Below are positions 37,303-44,972 of a DNA stretch of 55,711 nt, one piece after another; position 1 is the stretch's first letter, and every line of letters begins with the position of its first letter. The translations under genes and the position numbers were made by a program. Under the pieces are notes generated by a model. The model had not been told where the DNA came from. It searched no databases and worked only from the letters and a program-made list of their open reading frames with translations. The stretch comes from a virus (lineage: Duplodnaviria > Caudoviricetes), in the IMG/VR virus record IMGVR_UViG_3300025759_000119, positions 1 through 55,711 of that record; one strand, 5' to 3'.

Positions 37303-37377
37303 TAAAAAAGAAACGCATGGAAATGGGAAAAACTACTATTTGTCCCAGATTAAAGCTTTTCGGCTGTTTCAGGTTTC

Positions 37378-37502
37378 CTTGGTTCTTGCATCGTGCACCT
37401 TGGCAGATGGTTCTATATTCATTTGCGCGTCTGGCCTGCGCCCTTTTTCTGTCAAAAGACCATGGTTCATGGTTCAAATGCCTTGGATCTTTGCGCTTTG
37501 CG
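37378..37502. repeat. Degenerate tandem heptamer arrays
   Basis: cttggtt cttgcat cgtgcac cttggca gatggtt (37378-37412); catggtt catggtt caaatgc cttggat ctttgcg ctttgcg (37461-37502). Confidence 0.55.
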
Positions 37503-37540
37503 CGCCCAGCCTGCGCCCCTTGTCTGTCAGGGGCGACCAT

Positions 37541-37573
37541 AAAAGAAAAGCCCGGACTCGAAAGCCCGGGTTT
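37541..37573 (-). terminator. Rho-independent terminator
   Basis: CCCGGGCT-TTCG-AGTCCGGG then CTTTTCTTTT on the minus strand. Confidence 0.8.
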
Positions 37574-37580
37574 GGTTCTG

Positions 37581-37883
37581 TTATAGTGATTCAGATTCTT
37601 GACGCGGATCGCACGGGGAAAGATGCGCCCATTCGCCGCGTTCGTTGCGCTCCGACCACATGTCGAGGAACGCCTGATGGTGATCTTCGAGCGAATAAGA
37701 CTCATCGCGCGGGGTGCCTTCGTGGAACGTGTCAGAGTCTAACACATCCCAACGCGACCCCTCGTGCAACCCGAGCTCGAACGCGCGGGCTTCCGCCTGC
37801 GTGGCGAACTGGCGCGTGAAGAACTCGCGCTCGCCACGATAAGAACGCTCATCGATAAACAAAACATATGAAAGTTGAACCAT
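37581..37883 (-). CDS. Hypothetical early protein
   Basis: GGAG RBS; F.TQAEARAF.LG..E motif; followed by a terminator. Confidence 0.65.
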   Translation of the reverse strand: MVQLSYVLFIDERSYRGEREFFTRQFATQAEARAFELGLHEGSRWDVLDSDTFHEGTPRDESYSLEDHHQAFLDMWSERNERGEWAHLSPCDPRQESESL

Positions 37884-37906
37884 GATAAAATCTCCAAGTT
37901 AAAGTT

Positions 37907-37948
37907 AATGGTTCATGGATCATAGCACACGGAACATGGTTCATGGTG
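37907..37948. repeat. Six tandem degenerate heptamers containing an extended -10 on the minus strand
   Basis: aatggtt catggat catagca cacggaa catggtt catggtg; minus strand TGcTATGAT. Confidence 0.6.
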
Positions 37949-38046
37949 TCATCTATTTGACACGTCAAGATTCTGACACGTCAAATTTCTGACTTGAAAA
38001 AAGCGAGGCCACAAACGGAGTTTGTGGCACACGTTCCGTGTCCCTT
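37947..38046. repeat. ~100-bp direct repeat, copy 1
   Basis: Three GTCA-N6-TGAC boxes at 16-bp period plus hairpin GCCACAAAC-GGA-GTTTGTGGC; matches 39085..39202. Confidence 0.9.
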
Positions 38047-38082
38047 GCGCTCTGCGCCTCCCGCTTCGAAGTTTGGCGGGAT

Positions 38083-38109
38083 AAAAAAAGAGGCGACCGC
38101 AGCCGCCCC
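38083..38109 (-). terminator. Rho-independent terminator
   Basis: GGGGCGGC-TGCG-GTCGCCTC then TTTTTTT on the minus strand. Confidence 0.75.
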
Positions 38110-38114
38110 AGTTG

Positions 38115-38327
38115 TTAACCGTGTAGGATTTCACTTAACTCACCATCCCATGCGTCATCGTTAGCACAGTGGATTGCATCGATTGGTGACATACCAGCAT
38201 CATAATAGTCGCGCCATGTTGCATCAGCTAAATCGTGGATGCCAAAGCCGACGATGCTTTGTAGTTTTCTATCACACGCTTTTTCAAACGACTCGTATGT
38301 TTTGGTGTCACAAGATACATATGTCAT
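38115..38327 (-). CDS. Hypothetical early protein
   Basis: GGAG RBS before MTYVSC; DL.DA.WRD.YDAGMSP. Confidence 0.65.
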   Translation of the reverse strand: MTYVSCDTKTYESFEKACDRKLQSIVGFGIHDLADATWRDYYDAGMSPIDAIHCANDDAWDGELSEILHG

Positions 38328-38340
38328 GATCATCTCCAAT

Positions 38341-38408
38341 AAAAGAGACCGCGCCACACTTGGGAGAACCCATCGCAGTGACGCGGTCAGTTGCCATTAT
38401 GCGATGGG
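38341..38408 (-). promoter_or_regulatory. Candidate attenuator/pseudoknot with interleaved stems
   Basis: CCCATCGCA/TGCGATGGG interleaved with GACCGCGTCAC/GTGGCGCGGTC, followed by TCTTTT. Confidence 0.55.
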
Positions 38409-38840
38409 CTATTTGTATGCTGTTAGTGATGCGATGCGGTATTTGTATTTACCTGTCACACCGAACCGCTCACGCTCGACATTGTGAAGCCGGCGCAGAT
38501 TTGGCAGCACCTTAGTCTTTACTGTGTCGGTTGTGATGCTTAGATGATTAGCAATCTGCACACGAGACTTGAAGCCTTGGCGTAAGAACTGCTCCGCCTT
38601 GACTAGCTTTTGCGCTGATACACCAAGCCGCTTGTTTAGCTCTGTCTTTGGCTCAGGATCTTCTGTGACTTGCGCCTCTTCGAACACTTCGCCTCTGACA
38701 TAAGCCAGCACAACTCTTGTAACGATGCTGTTAGCATCTCTTGTCTTAACACTGTCAGACTTGTTTGCCAGTTCATTGATCCGCACAGCAGCCGATAGGA
38801 TATCAAGCTTGCTCTCGATGTTGTAATAATTGTCAGTCAT
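38409..38840 (-). CDS. Winged-HTH-like DNA-binding protein
   Basis: GGAGG RBS before MTDNYY; C-term SRVQIANHLSITTDTVKTKVL..L...KYRI. Confidence 0.6.
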   Translation of the reverse strand: MTDNYYNIESKLDILSAAVRINELANKSDSVKTRDANSIVTRVVLAYVRGEVFEEAQVTEDPEPKTELNKRLGVSAQKLVKAEQFLRQGFKSRVQIANHLSITTDTVKTKVLPNLRRLHNVERERFGVTGKYKYRIASLTAYK

Positions 38841-38892
38841 ATTAACCTCCGATGTTGATGGTTGGGGCGACCGCAGCCGCCCCGATTGTTTA

Positions 38893-39003
38893 CTATTCAT
38901 TCTCTTCTGCGTCAGCAGCGCACTCGTCACAGGCATAGTCGCCCTCGAACTCGTTCACGATCAGCCAACAATTCTCACAGTCCATGTTTGGTTTTACAGT
39001 CAT
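38893..39003 (-). CDS. 36-aa acidic CxxC...CxxC micro-protein (not in ORF track)
   Basis: MTVKPNMDCENCWLIVNEFEGDYACDECAADAEENE*; AAGGAGAG RBS. Confidence 0.65.
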   Translation of the reverse strand: MTVKPNMDCENCWLIVNEFEGDYACDECAADAEENE

Positions 39004-39026
39004 ATCTACTCTCCTTAGTTAATGGA

Positions 39027-39075
39027 TGGGATATATCCCATAATCAACAATAGCCCCTACTAGGGCAGACTGCAA
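39027..39075 (-). promoter_or_regulatory. Sigma70-like promoter with palindromic operator
   Basis: TTGCAG-17bp-TATTGT (39075-39047); TGGGATATATCCCA at 39027-39040. Confidence 0.6.
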
Positions 39076-39084
39076 CAATTATTT

Positions 39085-39202
39085 TGTCATCTATTTGACA
39101 CGTCAAGATTCTGACACGTCAAGATTCTGACACGTCAAATTTCTGACTTGAAAAAAAGCGAGGCCACAAACGGAGTTTGTGGCACACGTTCCGTGTCTCT
39201 TG
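39085..39202. repeat. ~100-bp direct repeat, copy 2
   Basis: As copy 1 with one extra 16-bp unit and one extra A. Confidence 0.9.
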
Positions 39203-39342
39203 TCGGGGGTTACTCCCACTGATTGGCAACCAGCTTGGCATCGCGTTAGGGGGGACCCCCTTATTTTTGGGGTGTGGTGTTACTGATTGGCTGTATAATA
39301 CACTGATTGATAAATTCATTCGAATGTATTATCGTTTGGACC

Positions 39343-40818
39343 ATGAACCTAGATGCTCTGCCAAAAGAAGTGTTACAGGAAGTTTTGCTGCTGGAAGAAC
39401 AGCGCAAGCGCCTAGAGACACGCGATAAAGCCCAAGAACAGTTTATGCCGTATGTCCATCATGTATATGATGGCTTCATTGAAGGCCGGCATCATATTAT
39501 CATTGCAGAAAAGCTAGAAAAAATCGCGCGTGGTGAATTAAAACGCTTGATTGTAAACATGCCACCCCGGCATTCTAAATCAGAATTTGCTTCGTATCTT
39601 ATGCCTAGCTGGTTTTTGGGCCGGAATCCAAAGTTAAAAATTATTCAAGCTACCATGAATACGGAACTTGCTGTAAGATTTGGACGCAAGGTCCGAGATC
39701 TGATCGCCGACCCTATTTATGGGGAGATCTTTCCCAATACGGACCTAAAACAGGACAGCCAAGCAGCCGGTCGTTGGGAGACCAGCGCTGGCGGGGAATA
39801 TTTTGCGGCTGGGGTGGGCGCTGCAATGACTGGTCGTGGCGCGGATTTGTTAATTATTGACGATCCTCACTCGGAGCAGGACGCACTTTCCCCTAGTGCT
39901 TATGATAATGCGTGGGAGTGGTACACATCTGGCCCAAGACAGCGTCTGCAGCCGGGCGGTGCCATCATTATTGTCCAGACGCGGTGGTCTAAGAAAGACA
40001 TTACGGGCAGGTTACTGCAGGCTCAGGGCGTGGACACCATGACTGACCAATGGGAGGTAGTAGAATTCCCTGCGATTATGCCATCGGGGGAACCACTGTG
40101 GCCGGAATTCTGGCCCAAGGAAGAGTTACTTAAGGTAAAGGCGTCACTGTCTCCCGGAAAGTGGAATGCCCAGTGGCAACAAAATCCTACATCTGACGTT
40201 ACAGCATTAGTGAAACGTGAATGGTGGAACGTGTGGGAGCGAGAAGACACCCCTAAGCTAGAGTATGTGATTCAGTCTTACGATACGGCGTACAGCAAAA
40301 AAGAGACGGCTGACTACTCTGCTATTACTACATGGGGTGTGTTTCAGCCTCGTGAGGACGGGGATCAGCATCTGATCTTGCTTGATGCGAAGAAGGGTCG
40401 CTGGAATTTTCCTGAGTTAAAAGCGATTGCTTTAGAGGAAAATGAGTATTGGGAACCGGACATGATGTTAATTGAGGCGAAGGCTTCTGGTATGCCGCTA
40501 GCGGACGAGTTACGTCTGCAGAATTTGCCGGTTACTACCTTTGCTCCGGGCCGGCGCAAAGGCGGGGGTGGGTTGGACAAAACAACCCGTATGCATATGG
40601 TTGCCCCTATATTCGAATCTGGAAAAGTATGGTATCCTGAACGTAAATTCGCTGAAGAAGTAATAGAAGAAGTTGCCTCGTTTCCAAATGGAGATCATGA
40701 CGATTACTGCGACAGTATGACGATGGCTGTTATGCGGTTTCGGCAGGGCGGCTTCATTAGTTTGGACGGCGAAGAGCTTGAAGACTGGGGCCCACCTCGT
40801 AAAAGAGAATACTATTAA
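39343..40818 (+). CDS. terL: Terminase large subunit
   Basis: NMPPRHSKS Walker A; LIIDDP Walker B; QTRW; SYDTA; IEAKASG; HDDYCDS; start set at ATG 39343. Confidence 0.92.
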   Translation: MNLDALPKEVLQEVLLLEEQRKRLETRDKAQEQFMPYVHHVYDGFIEGRHHIIIAEKLEKIARGELKRLIVNMPPRHSKSEFASYLMPSWFLGRNPKLKIIQATMNTELAVRFGRKVRDLIADPIYGEIFPNTDLKQDSQAAGRWETSAGGEYFAAGVGAAMTGRGADLLIIDDPHSEQDALSPSAYDNAWEWYTSGPRQRLQPGGAIIIVQTRWSKKDITGRLLQAQGVDTMTDQWEVVEFPAIMPSGEPLWPEFWPKEELLKVKASLSPGKWNAQWQQNPTSDVTALVKREWWNVWEREDTPKLEYVIQSYDTAYSKKETADYSAITTWGVFQPREDGDQHLILLDAKKGRWNFPELKAIALEENEYWEPDMMLIEAKASGMPLADELRLQNLPVTTFAPGRRKGGGGLDKTTRMHMVAPIFESGKVWYPERKFAEEVIEEVASFPNGDHDDYCDSMTMAVMRFRQGGFISLDGEELEDWGPPRKREYY

Positions 40819-43800
40819 TGGCAAAGCGCTATATAGATAAAAGTATAGATGAGCAACAGGCGGAAAGAGCCGCTGGTTTTTCCAAGCGCATGCAAAATCT
40901 CACTGAGGCTGGATCAGGTATGGTGGACCGGCTATCCCAGATGGCTACTGGTCTTGCTAAGGAAGAGGTTTTTGGCATTCCCGGGTTACTGGGGGATTTA
41001 GCGAAGCCTGCTTCAGCCATTTTAAACCCCGTTCTTTATGCCACAAATCCTAAAGTCAGTGAAAATGTAAGTCAGTTTGCAAAAGATTTTGGTGCATCGG
41101 GCCTTGCAGCAAAAGCTGGTGTAGAGCTTTCTGACGAGTTCTTTGATGAACAGGGGGAACTTCGTCCAGAGATGGCTGGCAGGTTTCTGGCTCCCGGCGC
41201 GTTATATGCTAAGGTTGCAACCTTAGCGCCAAAAGTGGGCCGTGGACTTCAGGACCTTGTATCGGGGCTCAGGGATAATGATTTTTTTCCTCCGAACGGA
41301 CCGCAGTTGAACCCTGTGACGGTGGCTCCTGATCCACGGACCACGTTTCCTATGGATAAGGCTCCTGTCCCAGAAACTTCTGTAATGTTAAATGAGGCTC
41401 GTGGTACAGGGTCCACGGACGCTAGACTTGTTGACTTGATTTCTAAGGGCGATATCAACACTCCGGAAGATATAAAGAGTTTTTTCCCTGACTTCCGGAT
41501 TTTAAATCCTGAAGATTTTCCAAGTCAGGACAAGTTTGAGTATGCAGAAAAGTCCGCTCAGTACAAACTGATAAACCAGTACAGGGCCAGCCCTAAAGAA
41601 AAAAAGATTAAAAAGACATTAGCCCCTAATCCGGAAACCTACATGATTAGTGAAGAGGGTGCATCGATGATTGGCGATGCACATTCACCACTTCTTGATG
41701 TTTTGAAAAAAATGGATATTCCTCCCGGGGGTATAGCCGGGTCGTCTGTGATAGAGCAGGTAGGTAAGCAGTTAAGTAATCGCAGAAACATTGAACTTCA
41801 GCAGTATGGTTTAGTGGATTATTTTTCAAAGAATGCGGATAAAAAGTTTTCGCGGGAAGAACTAATCGAAACTTTTGACACTGTGGCGCCTAGTATTGAT
41901 GTTAAGACTGTCATGGAAACAGACCTGCAGACTGCTGGTGTGCCAAGTCTTGCTTATCAAACGCCCGACGGCGTTACTGACGCTGCAGCCCCTGACGGGC
42001 ACGGCGTTATTGTGTTTGGCAACCGAAAAGGTGCTCAGGTTGGTGGTGTAAAGCTAAAAGGTGTGCCGGGTCACGACTATTTCAAAGATGACATTAGTGG
42101 TTTCTTTGGTCAGGTGCGTTTTAGCATCGTACCGGATCCGTACAACCCGGATTCCGGTCGGAGATACATGAGCCTAAACGAGTTTCAGGCTGATCTTATT
42201 AGAGGTTTAACCGATCTGGCGGAGGGGCGTGACACATCATATGCCCGGAGAATGATTCAGGATCAGCGTGTACCGTTGACCCCGGGCGAAAAACTGGCTC
42301 TCAAGGAGATAGATACAAGTCTAGAAAAATCTAACTATTCCCAAATGGAAAAAACAGCAACGCAACTAGACGAGGAAGCACGGCAAATTCAAGGAAAAGG
42401 GGAATATCGTTTAGGTCTTCGTGCAGACGGCGCACCATCTCGTCAAAGAGCGGAGTCACGCAATAGATTTGATATCGCTCTTCGTGCGCTTAACGAAGGG
42501 CTTGCTGATCGCAAAACTCCGGAGCAGGTAGAAGAGTTTTTATTAAGACTTTTAGGGGATGACAACACCACAAGTAACACAGTTCTTAGAGATAGCCTCA
42601 CCCAGATGTGGCGACGATCAAACGCAACTGCAGTATCGCGCTTACAGGCGATGTCTGACGCGGGCATAGGCTCGGCCATGCCCGGCATGTTGCGTAAAAT
42701 GATTAAGGAAAAAGACACCTTGGCTGAATTCCAGAAGGAAGCGCTTTTTGACGAACTTCAGCAAATTGAAGGCGTTTTTGATATGAATAGAGTGTTAGAA
42801 GATGCTACCCGTTATTCGGAAGACCTTACCAAAGCATTTTTAAAGGGTGTTGAGGGGGACAACTCAAGTATAGTTATTGGTCTAAGTGGTAAAAAGGTTC
42901 AAAATGCTCGTTCGCAACTGTCCCGCGACGAAGTCTTGGCTGCGCTACCGGACGGCTGGTATGAGAAAACAGTAAACGATCTTGTTGAAAAGTACAAAGC
43001 CACAGACAAGCAAATAGGTTCAGGTAAATTTCCATATAAAAACATGCGTGGATATTCGCGCGTTAACAACATAGGCACTAATGATACTCGCAGGACTGCC
43101 GAGGCTGTGGTAAATGATGTTCTTGACTACATGGGTAACGCACCGGGGTCTTCGCTCACTGGCGCTAGAACGCTAGGCACCAACTTTAAAAACTGGCTGG
43201 ACAAAAAGAACTACTTTAATGCTGCAGAAAAGCGTCTTAGTGAAATTGACGGACTACGTCCGTCTGATATCGACATACAGGAGGCAAAGCAGGATTTTTA
43301 TACTGACGTTCTTCAGAAAAGCGGCATAGAAAATGTTGCTGACGTTCTTCAGCTTCGAGACAAAACCATCCGCTCTGGTGGTACATCAGGGTATATACAA
43401 GACGTTCCGTTTAAAACACAAAACGCATTTAATCAATTTGCTCTTCGTGCAGCAGTGCGGGAAGCTGAAAAACTTGGTTTAGACGGAGTTGTGGTGCCTG
43501 ATTGGGCGGACATGTCTGTTATGCCGGGAAGATTAGATAGCACTGAGTTTACAATCGGTACAAACACTGACGTAACCATTCCCATTTACACAGATGTAGC
43601 GACCAAAATAGATGAGGCAGTAAAAAAACAAACGGATTTTCACACACAAGAGGGGTCATATTATATACCTGACGAAAACTATCTTCCTGTAAAAGACATA
43701 AAAGAAATAATAGATAGCATTGAAGACCCAAAACAAAAAGAAGCAATAGTTGAATTAATGCCTTCAAACACATCCTCAGATCAGTTTGCAAAAACCACAT

Positions 43801-44207
43801 TAAAATCATACGCCCGTGGTGAGGAATTAGGTGAGTATTACCCCGACATTGCGGAGGATTTAGTTGACGTAGGTATAATGAAAAACACAATTCAAGGTCT
43901 TCTTGACACGGGTAGAGAGCAAACCAAAAAATACAGAGCTTTCAAAACAAACTACGGTGATGTTCTGGACGCAGGATTACAACGATTAGTTTCGGAAGGT
44001 GTTACTGTAGAAAACAAACCGTTTGGTTTATATAACCCAAGAGAAAATAAAATAGAGCCGTTTGGTGACATTAAACGCCCTGCCCGCGTAATTGAGCTAA
44101 CAGGAAAAACAAAAGACATTGCCAAAAAAGTGCCTAGCGCTTACAATAAGGGCGGTCACGTTGATGTCCGTGGCGGCATTGGTGCTATGGCTAGGAGGGT
44201 AATGTAA
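40818..44207 (+). CDS. Large putative virion-associated protein
   Basis: 1129 aa; GQVRF...LNEFQAD and PFK...A.K.G.DGV blocks; C-term YNKGG. Confidence 0.5.
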   Translation: MAKRYIDKSIDEQQAERAAGFSKRMQNLTEAGSGMVDRLSQMATGLAKEEVFGIPGLLGDLAKPASAILNPVLYATNPKVSENVSQFAKDFGASGLAAKAGVELSDEFFDEQGELRPEMAGRFLAPGALYAKVATLAPKVGRGLQDLVSGLRDNDFFPPNGPQLNPVTVAPDPRTTFPMDKAPVPETSVMLNEARGTGSTDARLVDLISKGDINTPEDIKSFFPDFRILNPEDFPSQDKFEYAEKSAQYKLINQYRASPKEKKIKKTLAPNPETYMISEEGASMIGDAHSPLLDVLKKMDIPPGGIAGSSVIEQVGKQLSNRRNIELQQYGLVDYFSKNADKKFSREELIETFDTVAPSIDVKTVMETDLQTAGVPSLAYQTPDGVTDAAAPDGHGVIVFGNRKGAQVGGVKLKGVPGHDYFKDDISGFFGQVRFSIVPDPYNPDSGRRYMSLNEFQADLIRGLTDLAEGRDTSYARRMIQDQRVPLTPGEKLALKEIDTSLEKSNYSQMEKTATQLDEEARQIQGKGEYRLGLRADGAPSRQRAESRNRFDIALRALNEGLADRKTPEQVEEFLLRLLGDDNTTSNTVLRDSLTQMWRRSNATAVSRLQAMSDAGIGSAMPGMLRKMIKEKDTLAEFQKEALFDELQQIEGVFDMNRVLEDATRYSEDLTKAFLKGVEGDNSSIVIGLSGKKVQNARSQLSRDEVLAALPDGWYEKTVNDLVEKYKATDKQIGSGKFPYKNMRGYSRVNNIGTNDTRRTAEAVVNDVLDYMGNAPGSSLTGARTLGTNFKNWLDKKNYFNAAEKRLSEIDGLRPSDIDIQEAKQDFYTDVLQKSGIENVADVLQLRDKTIRSGGTSGYIQDVPFKTQNAFNQFALRAAVREAEKLGLDGVVVPDWADMSVMPGRLDSTEFTIGTNTDVTIPIYTDVATKIDEAVKKQTDFHTQEGSYYIPDENYLPVKDIKEIIDSIEDPKQKEAIVELMPSNTSSDQFAKTTLKSYARGEELGEYYPDIAEDLVDVGIMKNTIQGLLDTGREQTKKYRAFKTNYGDVLDAGLQRLVSEGVTVENKPFGLYNPRENKIEPFGDIKRPARVIELTGKTKDIAKKVPSAYNKGGHVDVRGGIGAMARRVM

Positions 44208-44404
44208 TGTCTGACAAAGACAAAGTTCGCATTGACGGACGTACAATGAAACAAATAAGGCAAATAGCGCAAGAAGATGTGACCAAGCTTACGGATAAGC
44301 AGTGGGAAGCATGGAGCAAATCTGCTAACAGCAAAGCAGCGGGCGGCATGGTTAAGGGCTTTAGCCCTATTGCCCGTCCACAAAGATTTAAGGGAGTATT
44401 CTAA
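44207..44404 (+). CDS. Small basic protein with C-terminal FKGVF tag
   Basis: KAAGGMV...RFKGVF*; TAATG coupling. Confidence 0.65.
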   Translation: MSDKDKVRIDGRTMKQIRQIAQEDVTKLTDKQWEAWSKSANSKAAGGMVKGFSPIARPQRFKGVF

Positions 44405-44697
44405 TGGCGCCTCGTTCACCACTAAAAAAGAAAAACAAAAAAGAAGGTTCTGATAACTACAGCAAGAAGCCTACGCCGGCACCTAAGATTAGCCCAGCAA
44501 TTGGCAAAAAACTCACAGATGGTAAAAACACTATTACTAATATGCCAGACCACAAAGAGATACAGCGAACGCACAGACGTAAGCGTGGGCAGGATGAAGG
44601 CATTGAGCGAGCGAGTTCAGGCAAATATTATATGAGTAAAAAATGCGGCGGCGCCGTACATAAAGCTCGTGGCGGAACATTTAAAGGAACATTCTAA
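44404..44697 (+). CDS. Small basic protein with C-terminal FKGTF tag
   Basis: GGAVHKARGGTFKGTF*. Confidence 0.65.
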   Translation: MAPRSPLKKKNKKEGSDNYSKKPTPAPKISPAIGKKLTDGKNTITNMPDHKEIQRTHRRKRGQDEGIERASSGKYYMSKKCGGAVHKARGGTFKGTF

Positions 44698-44972
44698 TGG
44701 CACCTAAAGCTCCTAAAACACCGAAGAAGAAAAAAAACAAGAACATAAAAAATACATCCGCTGCTGATGTTGTAGCAATGGTAGCGCCGCATCTTCAGGA
44801 TATAATAAATTATGGGGCACACGGGACTGCAATACTTGGAGCCGGAGCTTTAGGTTATGTTCCGTACAAGCTTAGAAAAATAGAGGAAGAGTCCAAGAGT
44901 AAGGGTAAAAAACAAGGCGGGGCTGTACTAAAAGCTCGTGGCGGAACATTTAAAGGAACATTTTAATGGCAC
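44662..44972 (+). repeat. 42-bp direct repeat (44662-44703 and 44931-44972)
   Basis: aaagctcgtggcggaacatttaaaggaacattYtaatggcac, one mismatch. Confidence 0.85.
44697..44966 (+). CDS. Small basic protein with C-terminal FKGTF tag
   Basis: GGAVLKARGGTFKGTF*. Confidence 0.65.
   Translation: MAPKAPKTPKKKKNKNIKNTSAADVVAMVAPHLQDIINYGAHGTAILGAGALGYVPYKLRKIEEESKSKGKKQGGAVLKARGGTFKGTF

Noticed and set aside
37259-37819. ORFs 37259..37705, 37317..37586 and 37340..37819
   Set aside because: Cross terminator and heptamer arrays; no clear RBS or motifs
39085-39150. 16-bp tandem units as a CRISPR array
   Set aside because: No unique spacers, unit too short, no cas genes
37949-39319. Paralogous-looking ORFs 37949..38134 and 39119..39319
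   Set aside because: Similarity arises only from translating the non-coding direct repeat
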